From: an uncultured Verrucomicrobiae bacterium
GTDB taxonomy: Bacteria > Verrucomicrobiota > Verrucomicrobiia > Limisphaerales > Palsa-1400
Direction of reading: 5' to 3'
Assembly (NCBI GenBank): GCA_963707025.1
Contig: CAVPOM010000008.1
Span: 1-64,000 of the forward strand
Length of the DNA: 64,000 bases
Under the pieces are notes generated by a model, which saw nothing but the letters and a program-made list of their open reading frames with translations, was not told the origin of the DNA and made no database searches. The translations under genes were made by a program, and so were the position numbers. Of this stretch, positions 48,370-57,788 are shown piece by piece (within the stretch, counting starts at the first letter, position 1; every line of letters begins with the position of its first letter).

Positions 48370-49917
48370 TTAATGTCTTCCTTCGGCGCGGACGCCTTGT
48401 TGCGAGTTGTCTTTATCGCCATCGGACTCTTTTTCTTCGGTGGCGCATTTCTTTCGCCTTGGGATAAGCAGGGCGGCGAGCAACAGGGCGAGGCCAAACA
48501 AATTGCGTCCTAAACAGGTCGCGGCAATGGCACCAATGATCAATCCGGCCCAAACCAGACATTGGAACATCGGCGTGGACACAATTGGCTCTGGCTCTCG
48601 CAACGATGCCCTGAAGACTTTGATGGCTGCGACCATTCGCCAGATCCCGAACAGCAGCGCCCCCATGAGGACGACATACACAAACGGTGGGATACTGCCC
48701 CCTGTTCTAACTGGAAAGCCTTTTTGAGGTTGAACGCTTAAGAACCAAAGGATCGCTGCTTCTCCAAGCATTGGCGCATCACTTAAATTGGAGAGAATGC
48801 GCGGCATCGCCAGCGTCCCGTCCGGCAATTCCCAGACTGTGGCCAACATCTCGGTTGATAAGGGGTAGGCCAGGTCGAAGCGGCCGTTCTTCCGAGCCGC
48901 GCCAACCCCGAAGGAGTCGGCCGCCACGCCGAAGCCGGCGATAACGGGGCCTGCGTCCACGTCGATGGTCCAATCGGTATTCGGAACATCGCTCGAAAAC
49001 TCGCGGAAGCCGGCGAAACCGAGCCGCTGCTGCCAAAAGTATTTCTCGTAAAGTTGAAACCACGTTTTGGCGGGACCAGGCCACAGTTCCGGTGCCGTCA
49101 AACAAAAGTAGGAATTCCCGCAACCACGGGACTCTGAGAGCGGCGCTCCGGTCTCCGCCTCCGCGCTATAAGGCGGCAATTTGAGGCGCGTGCTTCTCGG
49201 TCCAATGAAGGCCCGCAGCGACCGGTTGATGAACTCGGAATGATCCGTGCCGAGAACAGCATCGGCGCGACGGATGCACATGATGGCGGCCATCACGTCG
49301 CCCGGATAACATTCGCCCGGATAGTCATTCAGCAATCCGCTTTTGGAATCGTTCAGTTCCTTGGAAAAAGTTTCAACCTGGTCGCGTAACAGATCGAGAT
49401 GAGCGCCATCGTGGAGAAGATTTTCGCGGCTCGTCAGCGCCGCAATGACCAGCATGCGGTAAAAGACGTTTTCGCGGTGCAGGTAGTTCGTCCCCCAATG
49501 CTTTTCGACCCAACTCGCGTGCTTGGGATCAATCACGAGGTCTGAAGCCGCCATGATTGCGTCTTTGCAGAAGATCTTCGGCTCCACGGCAGAGGTGTGG
49601 TCTCCCGCTTCCCAGGCGGTTTGCAGATTTTCAATTGCCCACAGGTAAAAGACAGAACCGAAGAGCGGCCATTCGGTGCCTGAGATGTCGTGCGTTGAAA
49701 GTCCTTCGGCTCGTCCGCCCGCCACCCGCTCTTGCGCCCACGCAGCATTGCGCGGCGTCAAGTTGCGCTCTAACCGCCACGCGAATTTGGGAATTCCTGG
49801 TCCTTTCAACGCCGGATCTTGGATGCTCAGAATAGCGCGCGAGGCTGGATACACCAAAAGCGCCGCCGCCAGCGAAGCGGCGATGATCGAATTGGCCAGG
49901 ATGATTTTCCGGATCAT
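48370..49917 (-). CDS. Membrane-anchored (alpha/alpha)-barrel protein, linalool dehydratase/isomerase-like
   Basis: EW, LFY-like, LLNDYPGECYPGD, GFREF, DVDAGPV motifs; N- and C-terminal TMs. Confidence 0.6.
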   Translation of the reverse strand: MIRKIILANSIIAASLAAALLVYPASRAILSIQDPALKGPGIPKFAWRLERNLTPRNAAWAQERVAGGRAEGLSTHDISGTEWPLFGSVFYLWAIENLQTAWEAGDHTSAVEPKIFCKDAIMAASDLVIDPKHASWVEKHWGTNYLHRENVFYRMLVIAALTSRENLLHDGAHLDLLRDQVETFSKELNDSKSGLLNDYPGECYPGDVMAAIMCIRRADAVLGTDHSEFINRSLRAFIGPRSTRLKLPPYSAEAETGAPLSESRGCGNSYFCLTAPELWPGPAKTWFQLYEKYFWQQRLGFAGFREFSSDVPNTDWTIDVDAGPVIAGFGVAADSFGVGAARKNGRFDLAYPLSTEMLATVWELPDGTLAMPRILSNLSDAPMLGEAAILWFLSVQPQKGFPVRTGGSIPPFVYVVLMGALLFGIWRMVAAIKVFRASLREPEPIVSTPMFQCLVWAGLIIGAIAATCLGRNLFGLALLLAALLIPRRKKCATEEKESDGDKDNSQQGVRAEGRH

Positions 49918-50462
49918 GGTGGCGGGCGGTTTGATCCGCCGTATCGTTGATCGTATCCGGATCGCTCCAATTCGCGCGCCCAGCGCAGGCATAACCACAA
50001 TGGCACTGCCCCGAAAACGCCAAAGGAACAGTCAATCAGACGCCATCCCAACGGTATCTGGCGGATAGGGCCGCAAATCAGCGCCAAAGGAACCACGAGA
50101 GCGCAGGCAACAAGACCAGCCTGAAGAACCCAAACATTGCGCACCGGCTTCACAAAGGCGCCGATGAAGAACACAGCCATGACGATGTGCGCGAACGCCA
50201 GCCAATCCGTGCCGTAGGCGATCCAGGGATGCTTCGCATACATTTCCTCAAGACCATCGCGAACGGTGAGAAGCCATGTATCCAATCCATTATGGACATC
50301 CGCCGGGTGCAACTGCGCGATCCCGCGCGCGGAGCACACCATCGCCAGTTCCCGATCCAGTGGAAAGGCAGTGAGACCGCTCAACACAAGGGCAATCATG
50401 AAAAACCCAAGCACGATGCGGAATTTGCGCACGAGAGCGGCGTTCGAAAACTCAGGCGGCAT
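49914..50462 (-). CDS. Membrane protein
   Basis: LSGLTAFP...YGTDWLAFAH...WRLIDCSFGV. Confidence 0.75.
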   Translation of the reverse strand: MPPEFSNAALVRKFRIVLGFFMIALVLSGLTAFPLDRELAMVCSARGIAQLHPADVHNGLDTWLLTVRDGLEEMYAKHPWIAYGTDWLAFAHIVMAVFFIGAFVKPVRNVWVLQAGLVACALVVPLALICGPIRQIPLGWRLIDCSFGVFGAVPLWLCLRWARELERSGYDQRYGGSNRPPP

Positions 50463-50871
50463 CAGACCTCCCTTGCGGTTTTGTATACCGTGAGAAATAC
50501 AATATCCCCACGCCGCCAACAAAGCAGGCCGCTGTATCGCCATAAAACGGGAACGGCGGCAGCGAGAGGCGAATGCCGTGGAAAAGCAGGACGCATCCTT
50601 CCACCAGCATCAATGCTCCGAACCAGGGGATGGCAGCCGCGAACTTCTGCGGCCAAATCATGAGCACCAAATACCATGCCCCGATCAAGGCGTACGCGCC
50701 CGAAGCCATCCTCAGCCAATAATCGAGCATGGGATCGTAAGCAATTGGCCGTGCGCCCAATCCACCCAAGGCCTCCTCGGCGGCGGACCAGGAGAGAAAC
50801 ACTCCCACAATCGAAATTCCCCAGGCAAATGCCGCAAATCCCAGGAACAGTCTCAAGAGTCGAAGATGCAT
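50452..50871 (-). CDS. Membrane protein
   Basis: Four TMs; DYWLRM motif; overlapping operon arrangement. Confidence 0.7.
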   Translation of the reverse strand: MHLRLLRLFLGFAAFAWGISIVGVFLSWSAAEEALGGLGARPIAYDPMLDYWLRMASGAYALIGAWYLVLMIWPQKFAAAIPWFGALMLVEGCVLLFHGIRLSLPPFPFYGDTAACFVGGVGILYFSRYTKPQGRSDAA

Positions 50872-50872
50872 A

Positions 50873-51223
50873 TTACTGGTTGGGTTCGATTGGGTGCTGT
50901 TGCCTGGCGCGAGCCGGAACTTCGCACTCCGGCTTCCAACGATTCCATGCCGCGAGCAGGCCCGCTGTGATCAGCAAGATCGGAACCAGTAGAATGAAAG
51001 CAAAGTAGAGCAGCAAATGGATCAGGCCAAGAGTTGAGGCAGTGTGCCAGCTCATATTGACGTTGGGAGATGTCCCGCTGAGAAACGTGGTGTATTCTTG
51101 AAGCCCCGCGGCACACGAAGCCGCATAAAGCGCAGCCAGAATGGCAGCGCGCACCAAAAACGCGGCCGGAGAAAAGGCTTCGGCCTTCCACAAGCGTCGC
51201 AATAGTCCGAAGGTCGTTTTCAT
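50873..51223 (-). CDS. Two-TM membrane protein
   Basis: GLQEYTTFLSGT; ATGA overlap with the upstream gene. Confidence 0.7.
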   Translation of the reverse strand: MKTTFGLLRRLWKAEAFSPAAFLVRAAILAALYAASCAAGLQEYTTFLSGTSPNVNMSWHTASTLGLIHLLLYFAFILLVPILLITAGLLAAWNRWKPECEVPARARQQHPIEPNQ

Positions 51224-52410
51224 GGTTTGCGAATGCCGTCCCAAAGTGGTCCGAGAACCGACGCGTAAAGGAGCGCGGCGTCGCCAACCTGGTTGCTGGC
51301 GCAGTATTTCAAGCGGCCGTTTTGGCATGAAGGGAATGCCGCCATGTCGAGGGTCGCGACCAAAGACTGGAGAAAATTCCAATCGTGGAAGCTGGATGCC
51401 GCGATGAAGGCCATCCCGCTGGATCCCGCGCTCACTCCCAGCCCCGGGACTACCATTCCAGAATCAACATCCATTGGTCCCTGCCACGACGCAGGCCATT
51501 CCAGACCGTAACCAAAACCGAGAGTGATCCGCCCCAGTTCCTTTCGAGACCGCTCATACTGGTCGCGCGCAAACGGTTCGTCCACCGCTTGCAGACAATG
51601 GGCCACCATCCAAATGGTCGAGCCCTCCGGGCCATATATCGGCTCCCCATTTATCTGATAACTCGACAGGAGCAGCCCGGTCTTCTTATCCACCAAGTGT
51701 TCCTTGGCCACGGCCACCCATTGTCGGCAGAGAGCGGTGTGATCCGTGCCGTCGAGGCGATCTGCGACTTTGAACGCAACCAGGGCAACGGCGTCATCGT
51801 AGGTCCAGCACTCATCGGGATAGCTCTCCATCGCCATCAGCGGATTTGAGCGCATCCGTTGCTCGATGACGTTAAGCCGCTCCGTCATCGGTTGTTTGTA
51901 CCCGGGTTCCTCCTGAAGTATTCGCCGGGCTCCCATCATCAGCGCAATCTCTCCGTCCAGGAACAAACTCCGCGCAGGACTGACTTGGTAGGGGCGCGCT
52001 TTGGCGTAGGGCATGAGGAATGCGTAGATCCCGTCCTGTTTTTCGATTTTGACGGTTTCCTGGATGATCTGGTCAATGACGGGAAGATATTCGCCCTTCA
52101 TCCCCGGTTCACGCAGTCCCATGTTTACCAGTGACCAAACGAGAAAGGTGCGGCCCATGAAATCCCATTCCGCGTTGCTGGCGCGCATTTTCTGAAGCTC
52201 GATCTGCCGGAGTGTAGGCTCTGTCCAGAGTTGCAGGTGCCGGGCAGCCAATTGGCGCGCTTTCGGGGAGACGCCCTTTTCCTGATAAAACTCGGTCAAG
52301 GGTGCGCGAAAGAACAGGTGCAAGCAGGGGAGCCATATAACCGTTGCCAACGTGAACGCGGCAAGGGCGAGACTTGCTTTCTTCACCCACTCCTTCAAGT
52401 TGGATTTCAT
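51220..52410 (-). CDS. Second linalool dehydratase/isomerase-like protein
   Basis: NAEWDFM.R.F, ESYPDECWTYD, EGS, DVDSG, NQVGDA; paralog of 48370-49917. Confidence 0.6.
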   Translation of the reverse strand: MKSNLKEWVKKASLALAAFTLATVIWLPCLHLFFRAPLTEFYQEKGVSPKARQLAARHLQLWTEPTLRQIELQKMRASNAEWDFMGRTFLVWSLVNMGLREPGMKGEYLPVIDQIIQETVKIEKQDGIYAFLMPYAKARPYQVSPARSLFLDGEIALMMGARRILQEEPGYKQPMTERLNVIEQRMRSNPLMAMESYPDECWTYDDAVALVAFKVADRLDGTDHTALCRQWVAVAKEHLVDKKTGLLLSSYQINGEPIYGPEGSTIWMVAHCLQAVDEPFARDQYERSRKELGRITLGFGYGLEWPASWQGPMDVDSGMVVPGLGVSAGSSGMAFIAASSFHDWNFLQSLVATLDMAAFPSCQNGRLKYCASNQVGDAALLYASVLGPLWDGIRKP

Positions 52411-52413
52411 AAA

Positions 52414-54036
52414 TCAAACCTCGGCAATTTCTTCGAGAGCCACAGGATCACGCGCAGGATGGCCACGATGATCGCTGCCTGCCTCGGACCCGTCAAGGGC
52501 AAGATCAGCGGGCCGATTTGGCCTCGTTGCCCAGGCGCCTTTGAGAAATTCCGCCAGTGTTGGACCGTGGCGGGTTCGACGATCGTAAAAGAGCCAGTGC
52601 GCAATTTCATACGGCCAGACGCGCCGGCCAATGTTGGAATACCAGCGCATTCCGTTGCGGAAGAGCGGCTCGGGATGCAGCAAAAGCCTCCAGAGCGATT
52701 TCGGCCGCAGTTGGCAGACCGCCTCGATCAGCTTCACCCACAGGAGTACCCGCCAATTGGGAACCTGCGTGCTCTCCAGGACTTGGTGTTTGTAATCCCA
52801 GCGGCTCAGGTCGGTTTGAACCACGCGATGTTGGGCTTCCTGGAGCGCGAAAGGAGTCCAACTATGCGGCGTGGCATACAGCGCCTGAATCTGATCGGGA
52901 TCATACGAAAGGAGTTGCCGCAAAGTGCGCCAATAATCGCTGTCCTTCTCCTGCACGAAACCGGCCACCCACGCGGCCATGGAAATGATGCCATGTTTTC
53001 TCATCAGCCGGATCGCCTCGCGGTCAATCGCCTTGGTGCTTCCTTTGTGAATGGCCTGGAGCGTGGCGTCATCCGTGCTCTCCAGTCCGAGCAGAAACCG
53101 GGCGACGCCCGCCTGTTTGTAAAGGTGCAGGATGTCGGCGTCCCGGACGATGTCGCTCGCCCGGGTGGTGCCGATCAGGATTAAAGGAACGTGGTGGGAG
53201 ATGAGCGCTTCCAGAAACGCCTGCCAAGCCGGGCGGGAGGCCGTGGGGTTTTCATCGGCAAAGTTGACCAGTTCCACTCCGTGCTTGTGGTGCAATCGTG
53301 CCAGTTCGGCGGCAAATCTCACAGGATCGCGATGCCGCCACGCCCGCCAAAAGCTATGTTGTCCGCAATAGTGGCAGCGATGGGGGCAGCCGCGGGAGAA
53401 TTGCACGACCACAGCCCGGCGTTTTCCATAATAGGTATAACGGCGATGGTCGATCAGTTCCCATCCGACGCGACAGCCATCAAGATCACGAATCACCGGC
53501 GCCGGCAAATTCGCTTTAACCTCAGCCAGCAAAGAAAGCGCGTCGCTTGAGCGTCTTTGGCCTGGAACCGTGCCCGCACGAAACACGATCCCAGGCACCT
53601 TTTCCAGACATTGCTGCTTTTCCAGAGCGGTCAACAGGCGGACGATCGTTTCCTCGCCTTCGCCGCGCACGATGAAATCAATTCCAGGCTCCTGATGCAT
53701 GATCTGCGCCCAGTGATACGTCGGGAACACCCCACCATAAACGATCCACGCATGTGGGAACGCATTCCGTAGTGCTTGCACAATCCGACGGGCGGACGGG
53801 TGGCCCGAGGTGGAACCCGAGTGGCCCAAGAGAACCGCGTCCGGGCCATAGTCACTGGTTTTCGAGACGATTTGGTCAAGACTCATGGGACCGAACTCCG
53901 CATCCAGCAGCTTCACCCTGTGGCCGGCATCCAGCAGCGGACCTCCAAGAGCGAGCAAACCGAGCGGAGGCAGGTGCTCACGAAGAATGCGACTGCCAAT
54001 GGAAGGATGCGGCGGATTGACGAGCAGAATTCTCAT
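52414..54036 (-). CDS. B12-binding radical SAM enzyme, BchE-like
   Basis: PPLGL, GGVFPT, GEGE, FSRGCPHRCHYC, ADENPT, WDYKHQV. Confidence 0.9.
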   Translation of the reverse strand: MRILLVNPPHPSIGSRILREHLPPLGLLALGGPLLDAGHRVKLLDAEFGPMSLDQIVSKTSDYGPDAVLLGHSGSTSGHPSARRIVQALRNAFPHAWIVYGGVFPTYHWAQIMHQEPGIDFIVRGEGEETIVRLLTALEKQQCLEKVPGIVFRAGTVPGQRRSSDALSLLAEVKANLPAPVIRDLDGCRVGWELIDHRRYTYYGKRRAVVVQFSRGCPHRCHYCGQHSFWRAWRHRDPVRFAAELARLHHKHGVELVNFADENPTASRPAWQAFLEALISHHVPLILIGTTRASDIVRDADILHLYKQAGVARFLLGLESTDDATLQAIHKGSTKAIDREAIRLMRKHGIISMAAWVAGFVQEKDSDYWRTLRQLLSYDPDQIQALYATPHSWTPFALQEAQHRVVQTDLSRWDYKHQVLESTQVPNWRVLLWVKLIEAVCQLRPKSLWRLLLHPEPLFRNGMRWYSNIGRRVWPYEIAHWLFYDRRTRHGPTLAEFLKGAWATRPNRPADLALDGSEAGSDHRGHPARDPVALEEIAEV

Positions 54037-54106
54037 AAATACTCAACCGTTGATCGCTGCTTCGATGTCGGCAGTGGCGCTTCTCCTGGTTTGTTCGGCA
54101 TCATGC

Positions 54107-54123
54107 ACTTTGCATCACAAAGT
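54107..54123. promoter_or_regulatory. Palindrome ACTTTG-N5-CAAAGT
   Basis: Upstream of the radical SAM operon; second copy at 54360. Confidence 0.6.
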
Positions 54124-54359
54124 ATATGATGCCATTTGTGCCGTTTTCGTTCAAAACTCGCTCGGAAAATCACTATACAGGCGTTGCCTCCGGCTTTCCG
54201 CGCCAGATGGCTCGCGGGGTTTTTAGCAATCGGGCAGCGTGCCTCGCCCGAAATTTAATTTCTGTCCTCGGCACGCACGGCGCATTGGAGACTGCTGATG
54301 GCAACCCCGGCAAGCATCTCAACAACAAAGAATGAACATATCTCCAGTTATAGGGTCAG

Positions 54360-54376
54360 ACTTTGTAATGCAAAGC
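54360..54376. promoter_or_regulatory. Palindrome ACTTTG-N5-CAAAGC
   Basis: Immediately upstream of the ATG at 54379. Confidence 0.6.
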
Positions 54377-54378
54377 GC

Positions 54379-55110
54379 ATGGAAACCGTTATGATATCCG
54401 ACTCCTTCACCTTTGATCTGCGTCATGCTGGCACGCTCCTGCGAGGGGAGTCGGAGGAGATGGCGGGTTGGATAGACCGGGGGGAGACCAAACAGCTTTG
54501 GTATTGCCTGGCGATTGTCTTTGCCGGCGCCGGCCTGTTCGGCGCGGCCCTCGGCGCATGGCGCAGCCCCTTGCAGGCGCTTTACGGTGGAATCAAGTTT
54601 CCACTTGTCATTTTGTTAACAACGACCGGAACCGCTCTGCTGAACGGCATGCTGGCGCCACTCCTTGGTTTGAACATAAATTTCCGCCAGTCTCTGCTCA
54701 TCATCCTGTTCAGCTACACCATCGCCGCCATTATCCTGGGAGGATTCAGCCCAATCCTCCTTTTCGTCGTTTGCAACGCGCCGCCTGTCCAATCCTCATC
54801 CTCGGCGTCGTGGGCCGGCCACAGCATCGTGCTGCTTGTTGAAGTGGGCTTGATCGCCTTCGCCGGGATCGTAGCCAATGTTCGCCTACGGCAACTGCTC
54901 GACCGCCTGAGCGGCAGCTTGCCTGTTTCGAGGCGCATCATGCTTGCCTGGCTGGCGGCCAATCTTTTCTTTGGGGCGCAAATTTCCTGGTTGTTGCGGC
55001 CGTTCGTTGGCTCGCCGGGACTGCCGGTGGAATTCCTGCGCGTCAACGCCTTGCACGGCAATTTCTATGAAAGCGTTTCCCATGCTCTAAAGAACCTGCT
55101 CAATTTCTGA
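54379..55110 (+). CDS. Yip1-like multi-TM protein
   Basis: IKFPL...FSPI...QISWLLRPFVGSP. Confidence 0.75.
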   Translation: METVMISDSFTFDLRHAGTLLRGESEEMAGWIDRGETKQLWYCLAIVFAGAGLFGAALGAWRSPLQALYGGIKFPLVILLTTTGTALLNGMLAPLLGLNINFRQSLLIILFSYTIAAIILGGFSPILLFVVCNAPPVQSSSSASWAGHSIVLLVEVGLIAFAGIVANVRLRQLLDRLSGSLPVSRRIMLAWLAANLFFGAQISWLLRPFVGSPGLPVEFLRVNALHGNFYESVSHALKNLLNF

Positions 55111-55138
55111 ACCATACTCGTCTCAAAAAAGGCCCTCT

Positions 55139-55882
55139 ATGAATGAATCATCCAGCATCCCGCCAGTAATAAATCCGACAATTGCCGGCATAAGCTGCGG
55201 GTCTCATCAACCCGATCCGCCTCTGGGCGAGGTGGAGAGCGACCGCCAGCCCATAGCCAGCTTGATTACGGCCATCGAAGCGGTCCTACGCGAACCGCGC
55301 CGCCTCTTATTTCAATTGACCCAGCAGAATCAAGGCCACTTGGTGCGCAATCTCTTGTTCGTTTCACTGCTGTCCGCCTTCATTTACGGCTTGGTCGTCG
55401 GTACTTTCTCCGGCAGGGAGCAACTCCTGGCCGCGCCCCTCAAGATCGCCGGCGGCCTGCTCTTGTCCGCCGTTATCTGCCTCCCCAGTCTTTATATTTT
55501 TACCTGCCTGAGCGGAGCCCGGGCGCGTTTGGGCGAGGTCTGCGGTTTGCTCACTGCTTTCCTTGCTCTGATGACGATACTGCTCATTGGCTTCGCGCCC
55601 GTCGCCTGGGTGTTCTCGCAATCCACCGCCTCCATCGCCGCGATGGGAGGCCTCCATTTGCTTTTCTGGTTCATTGCCACCGGTTTCGGCCTTCGTTTGC
55701 TGGAGCGCGGCTTCCGTCACCACGGCGCTCAAGGCGGCATGATGCGGATATGGACGATCATATTCCTCCTCGTGGCCTTGCAGATGACCACCGCGCTGCG
55801 CCCGCTCGTCGGCACGGCTCCGACCTTACTGCCAGTGACGAAACAATTCTTCGTCGCTCATTGGATGGAGTCTTTCCAATAA
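55139..55882 (+). CDS. Paralogous Yip1-like multi-TM protein
   Basis: LK...CLPSLY...FAPVAW.F...QM...LRPLVG. Confidence 0.75.
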   Translation: MNESSSIPPVINPTIAGISCGSHQPDPPLGEVESDRQPIASLITAIEAVLREPRRLLFQLTQQNQGHLVRNLLFVSLLSAFIYGLVVGTFSGREQLLAAPLKIAGGLLLSAVICLPSLYIFTCLSGARARLGEVCGLLTAFLALMTILLIGFAPVAWVFSQSTASIAAMGGLHLLFWFIATGFGLRLLERGFRHHGAQGGMMRIWTIIFLLVALQMTTALRPLVGTAPTLLPVTKQFFVAHWMESFQ

Positions 55883-55914
55883 CGGTATGAACTGGTATCG
55901 AGGAATGATCTTTC

Positions 55915-56211
55915 ATGATGTGCAAAATCCTTCCCGCCCTCGCGCTTGATTTGAGTGGCGGGTGGGCGCGCGAGGAATTTCCCACAACGTTGGATGGGCT
56001 TTCGCCGCTGTTCTTTGGCAAACTTCCACCCGATTTTATCAATGACCAGCCAATGCAATTGCGGCGCACGAATGACGGGCCTTTCCTGCTCTACTCCGTT
56101 GGCTGGAATGGAACGGATGATGGCGGGATCATCGTCCGCAAGGCCTATCCGAACAGTGCCGTTCTCGATATGGAGAATGGCGATTGGGTCTGGGCGGATT
56201 CAGCGAAGTGA
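55915..56211 (+). pseudogene. C-terminal fragment of a hypothetical protein
   Basis: P..LD.L.P......P.D...LLYSVGWNGTDDGG...GDWVW, usually a C-terminal motif. Confidence 0.5.
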
Positions 56212-56289
56212 TGGCTCTGCAGAACCGACGCCCCTTAATTTATTGACGCTTTCGAGAATAGGGGTTCTCCTGTGAAGAGGACGGATTCC

Positions 56290-57768
56290 ATGAGATTCAC
56301 ATCATTCATGCCGTTGACGGCACTTTTTGTCCTCTTTGCCGGGGGGTGCATTTTTCCCAAAGGCGCGCCACCGGATCGTTCGCGTGCGGAATTCGCAAGG
56401 GCTTTGGCAAGAATCAAGGAGAACACGCCTCAGAGCGAGGTGCTTGCCATGCTCTGCCAACCGGACGATGTCCGCACACAATTCGATCCGGGCGGAATCA
56501 GCCGGGTACAGACAAAAGAAGTCTGGTGTTACGGCACCACAGGCCATTTATGTTTTCCCACTCTCGGTTGTGTTTACATTGACGGGAGTGGGCGAACCCA
56601 GGAGGTGATCGGTGGCCAAGGCCGGCCACCGAAATCCGGTCTATTCACTGAGGATGAACTCCGGAATCTTCTTCGCTTGTTGGACACCACGCCAAAGTTG
56701 GAGGGTGATTCCTACGACCCGCTTCCGGTGATTCAAATCGTCAATACGCTGCAATCTCTTGGGAGAGAGAAGGCGCTGGCAGCCATTGGGGAGTATCTCC
56801 GTGTTTCCGAGCCTTGGTCGGACAGGGGATCATCCCTCGTTTTCCGGGTTTTGTTTGATCTTCCGGACGACATTGACCGGACGAAGGGTTGGATCATCGG
56901 GGTCCCCGAACCGCCTGGGCCAAAGAACCCCCATCAGATACCCCGCTTCCCAATCGTTCTGGTGGATGACGTTCCGTTGATGTTGGTGGAAGGTTATACG
57001 ATTGGTAGCTATTTGTCCCTGAAGGGTAACCCAACACCAGTCGAAAGGGATTTGGAATTCTTTCGGCGCAACGGCCATTTTCGTTCCAAGGCACTGGTGC
57101 CCAGCAATGATCCCCTCGGAGCCCTGATGCATTTGGTGGAGTCCACGCAATGGATTTATGCGGACTCAAAACTGGCAGAACCGGGCGTGTTTTCATTCGG
57201 GGATACGGAGACCAACAAACGGGAAAAATCCATGCTCATGGAGCAGCTGCTCAGGTTGATTGACTCCGTGTACCGCCTGCCCACCGACGCGTACGGTGAC
57301 AGGTTGCCCAGTGGAGCATCCCTGGAACCTGCCTGGAAAAAGATCGTCGCCAACGTCTCCTCTCTCAAAATTGAATGGGATCTGCAGAAGAACATCTTCG
57401 TCTTTCAGGATGGCTCACAACTGCCCAAGCTGACCAGCAAGATTCACCAACGCGATATCTGGCGGCTCATCGGCATGGGGTTCGAGGACGCGGAACTCAT
57501 AATCGAGCGGAAGAGTGACGATTGGGTGGATGTCATGGTGACGCGGGTCGAGAAGGCGGGAGCCAAACTTAGACCTGCCACCTTAATTCTCTTTACTGGC
57601 GACGAAAATCAAGCGTCGTTGCTGACATTCACATTTACCGATAAGGTGGCAATCGGAGGAGGTGGTTCGGAGACGCGAACAGTCGCCCTGAAGGCGGATA
57701 CCGAAATCAGGGCGAGATTGGAAATCGCCGGCTACCGCACCAACACCAGCTTCATTTTCAAACCTTAG
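56290..57768 (+). CDS. Hypothetical lipoprotein
   Basis: Signal with FAGGC lipobox-like motif; long ORF. Confidence 0.7.
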   Translation: MRFTSFMPLTALFVLFAGGCIFPKGAPPDRSRAEFARALARIKENTPQSEVLAMLCQPDDVRTQFDPGGISRVQTKEVWCYGTTGHLCFPTLGCVYIDGSGRTQEVIGGQGRPPKSGLFTEDELRNLLRLLDTTPKLEGDSYDPLPVIQIVNTLQSLGREKALAAIGEYLRVSEPWSDRGSSLVFRVLFDLPDDIDRTKGWIIGVPEPPGPKNPHQIPRFPIVLVDDVPLMLVEGYTIGSYLSLKGNPTPVERDLEFFRRNGHFRSKALVPSNDPLGALMHLVESTQWIYADSKLAEPGVFSFGDTETNKREKSMLMEQLLRLIDSVYRLPTDAYGDRLPSGASLEPAWKKIVANVSSLKIEWDLQKNIFVFQDGSQLPKLTSKIHQRDIWRLIGMGFEDAELIIERKSDDWVDVMVTRVEKAGAKLRPATLILFTGDENQASLLTFTFTDKVAIGGGGSETRTVALKADTEIRARLEIAGYRTNTSFIFKP

Positions 57769-57788
57769 CCACGAGAATAGAACGCGAA

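Noticed and set aside
52414..54036. Evidence of phototrophy (bchE)
   Set aside because: No other bch, puf or crt genes in the window; the context points to another substrate.
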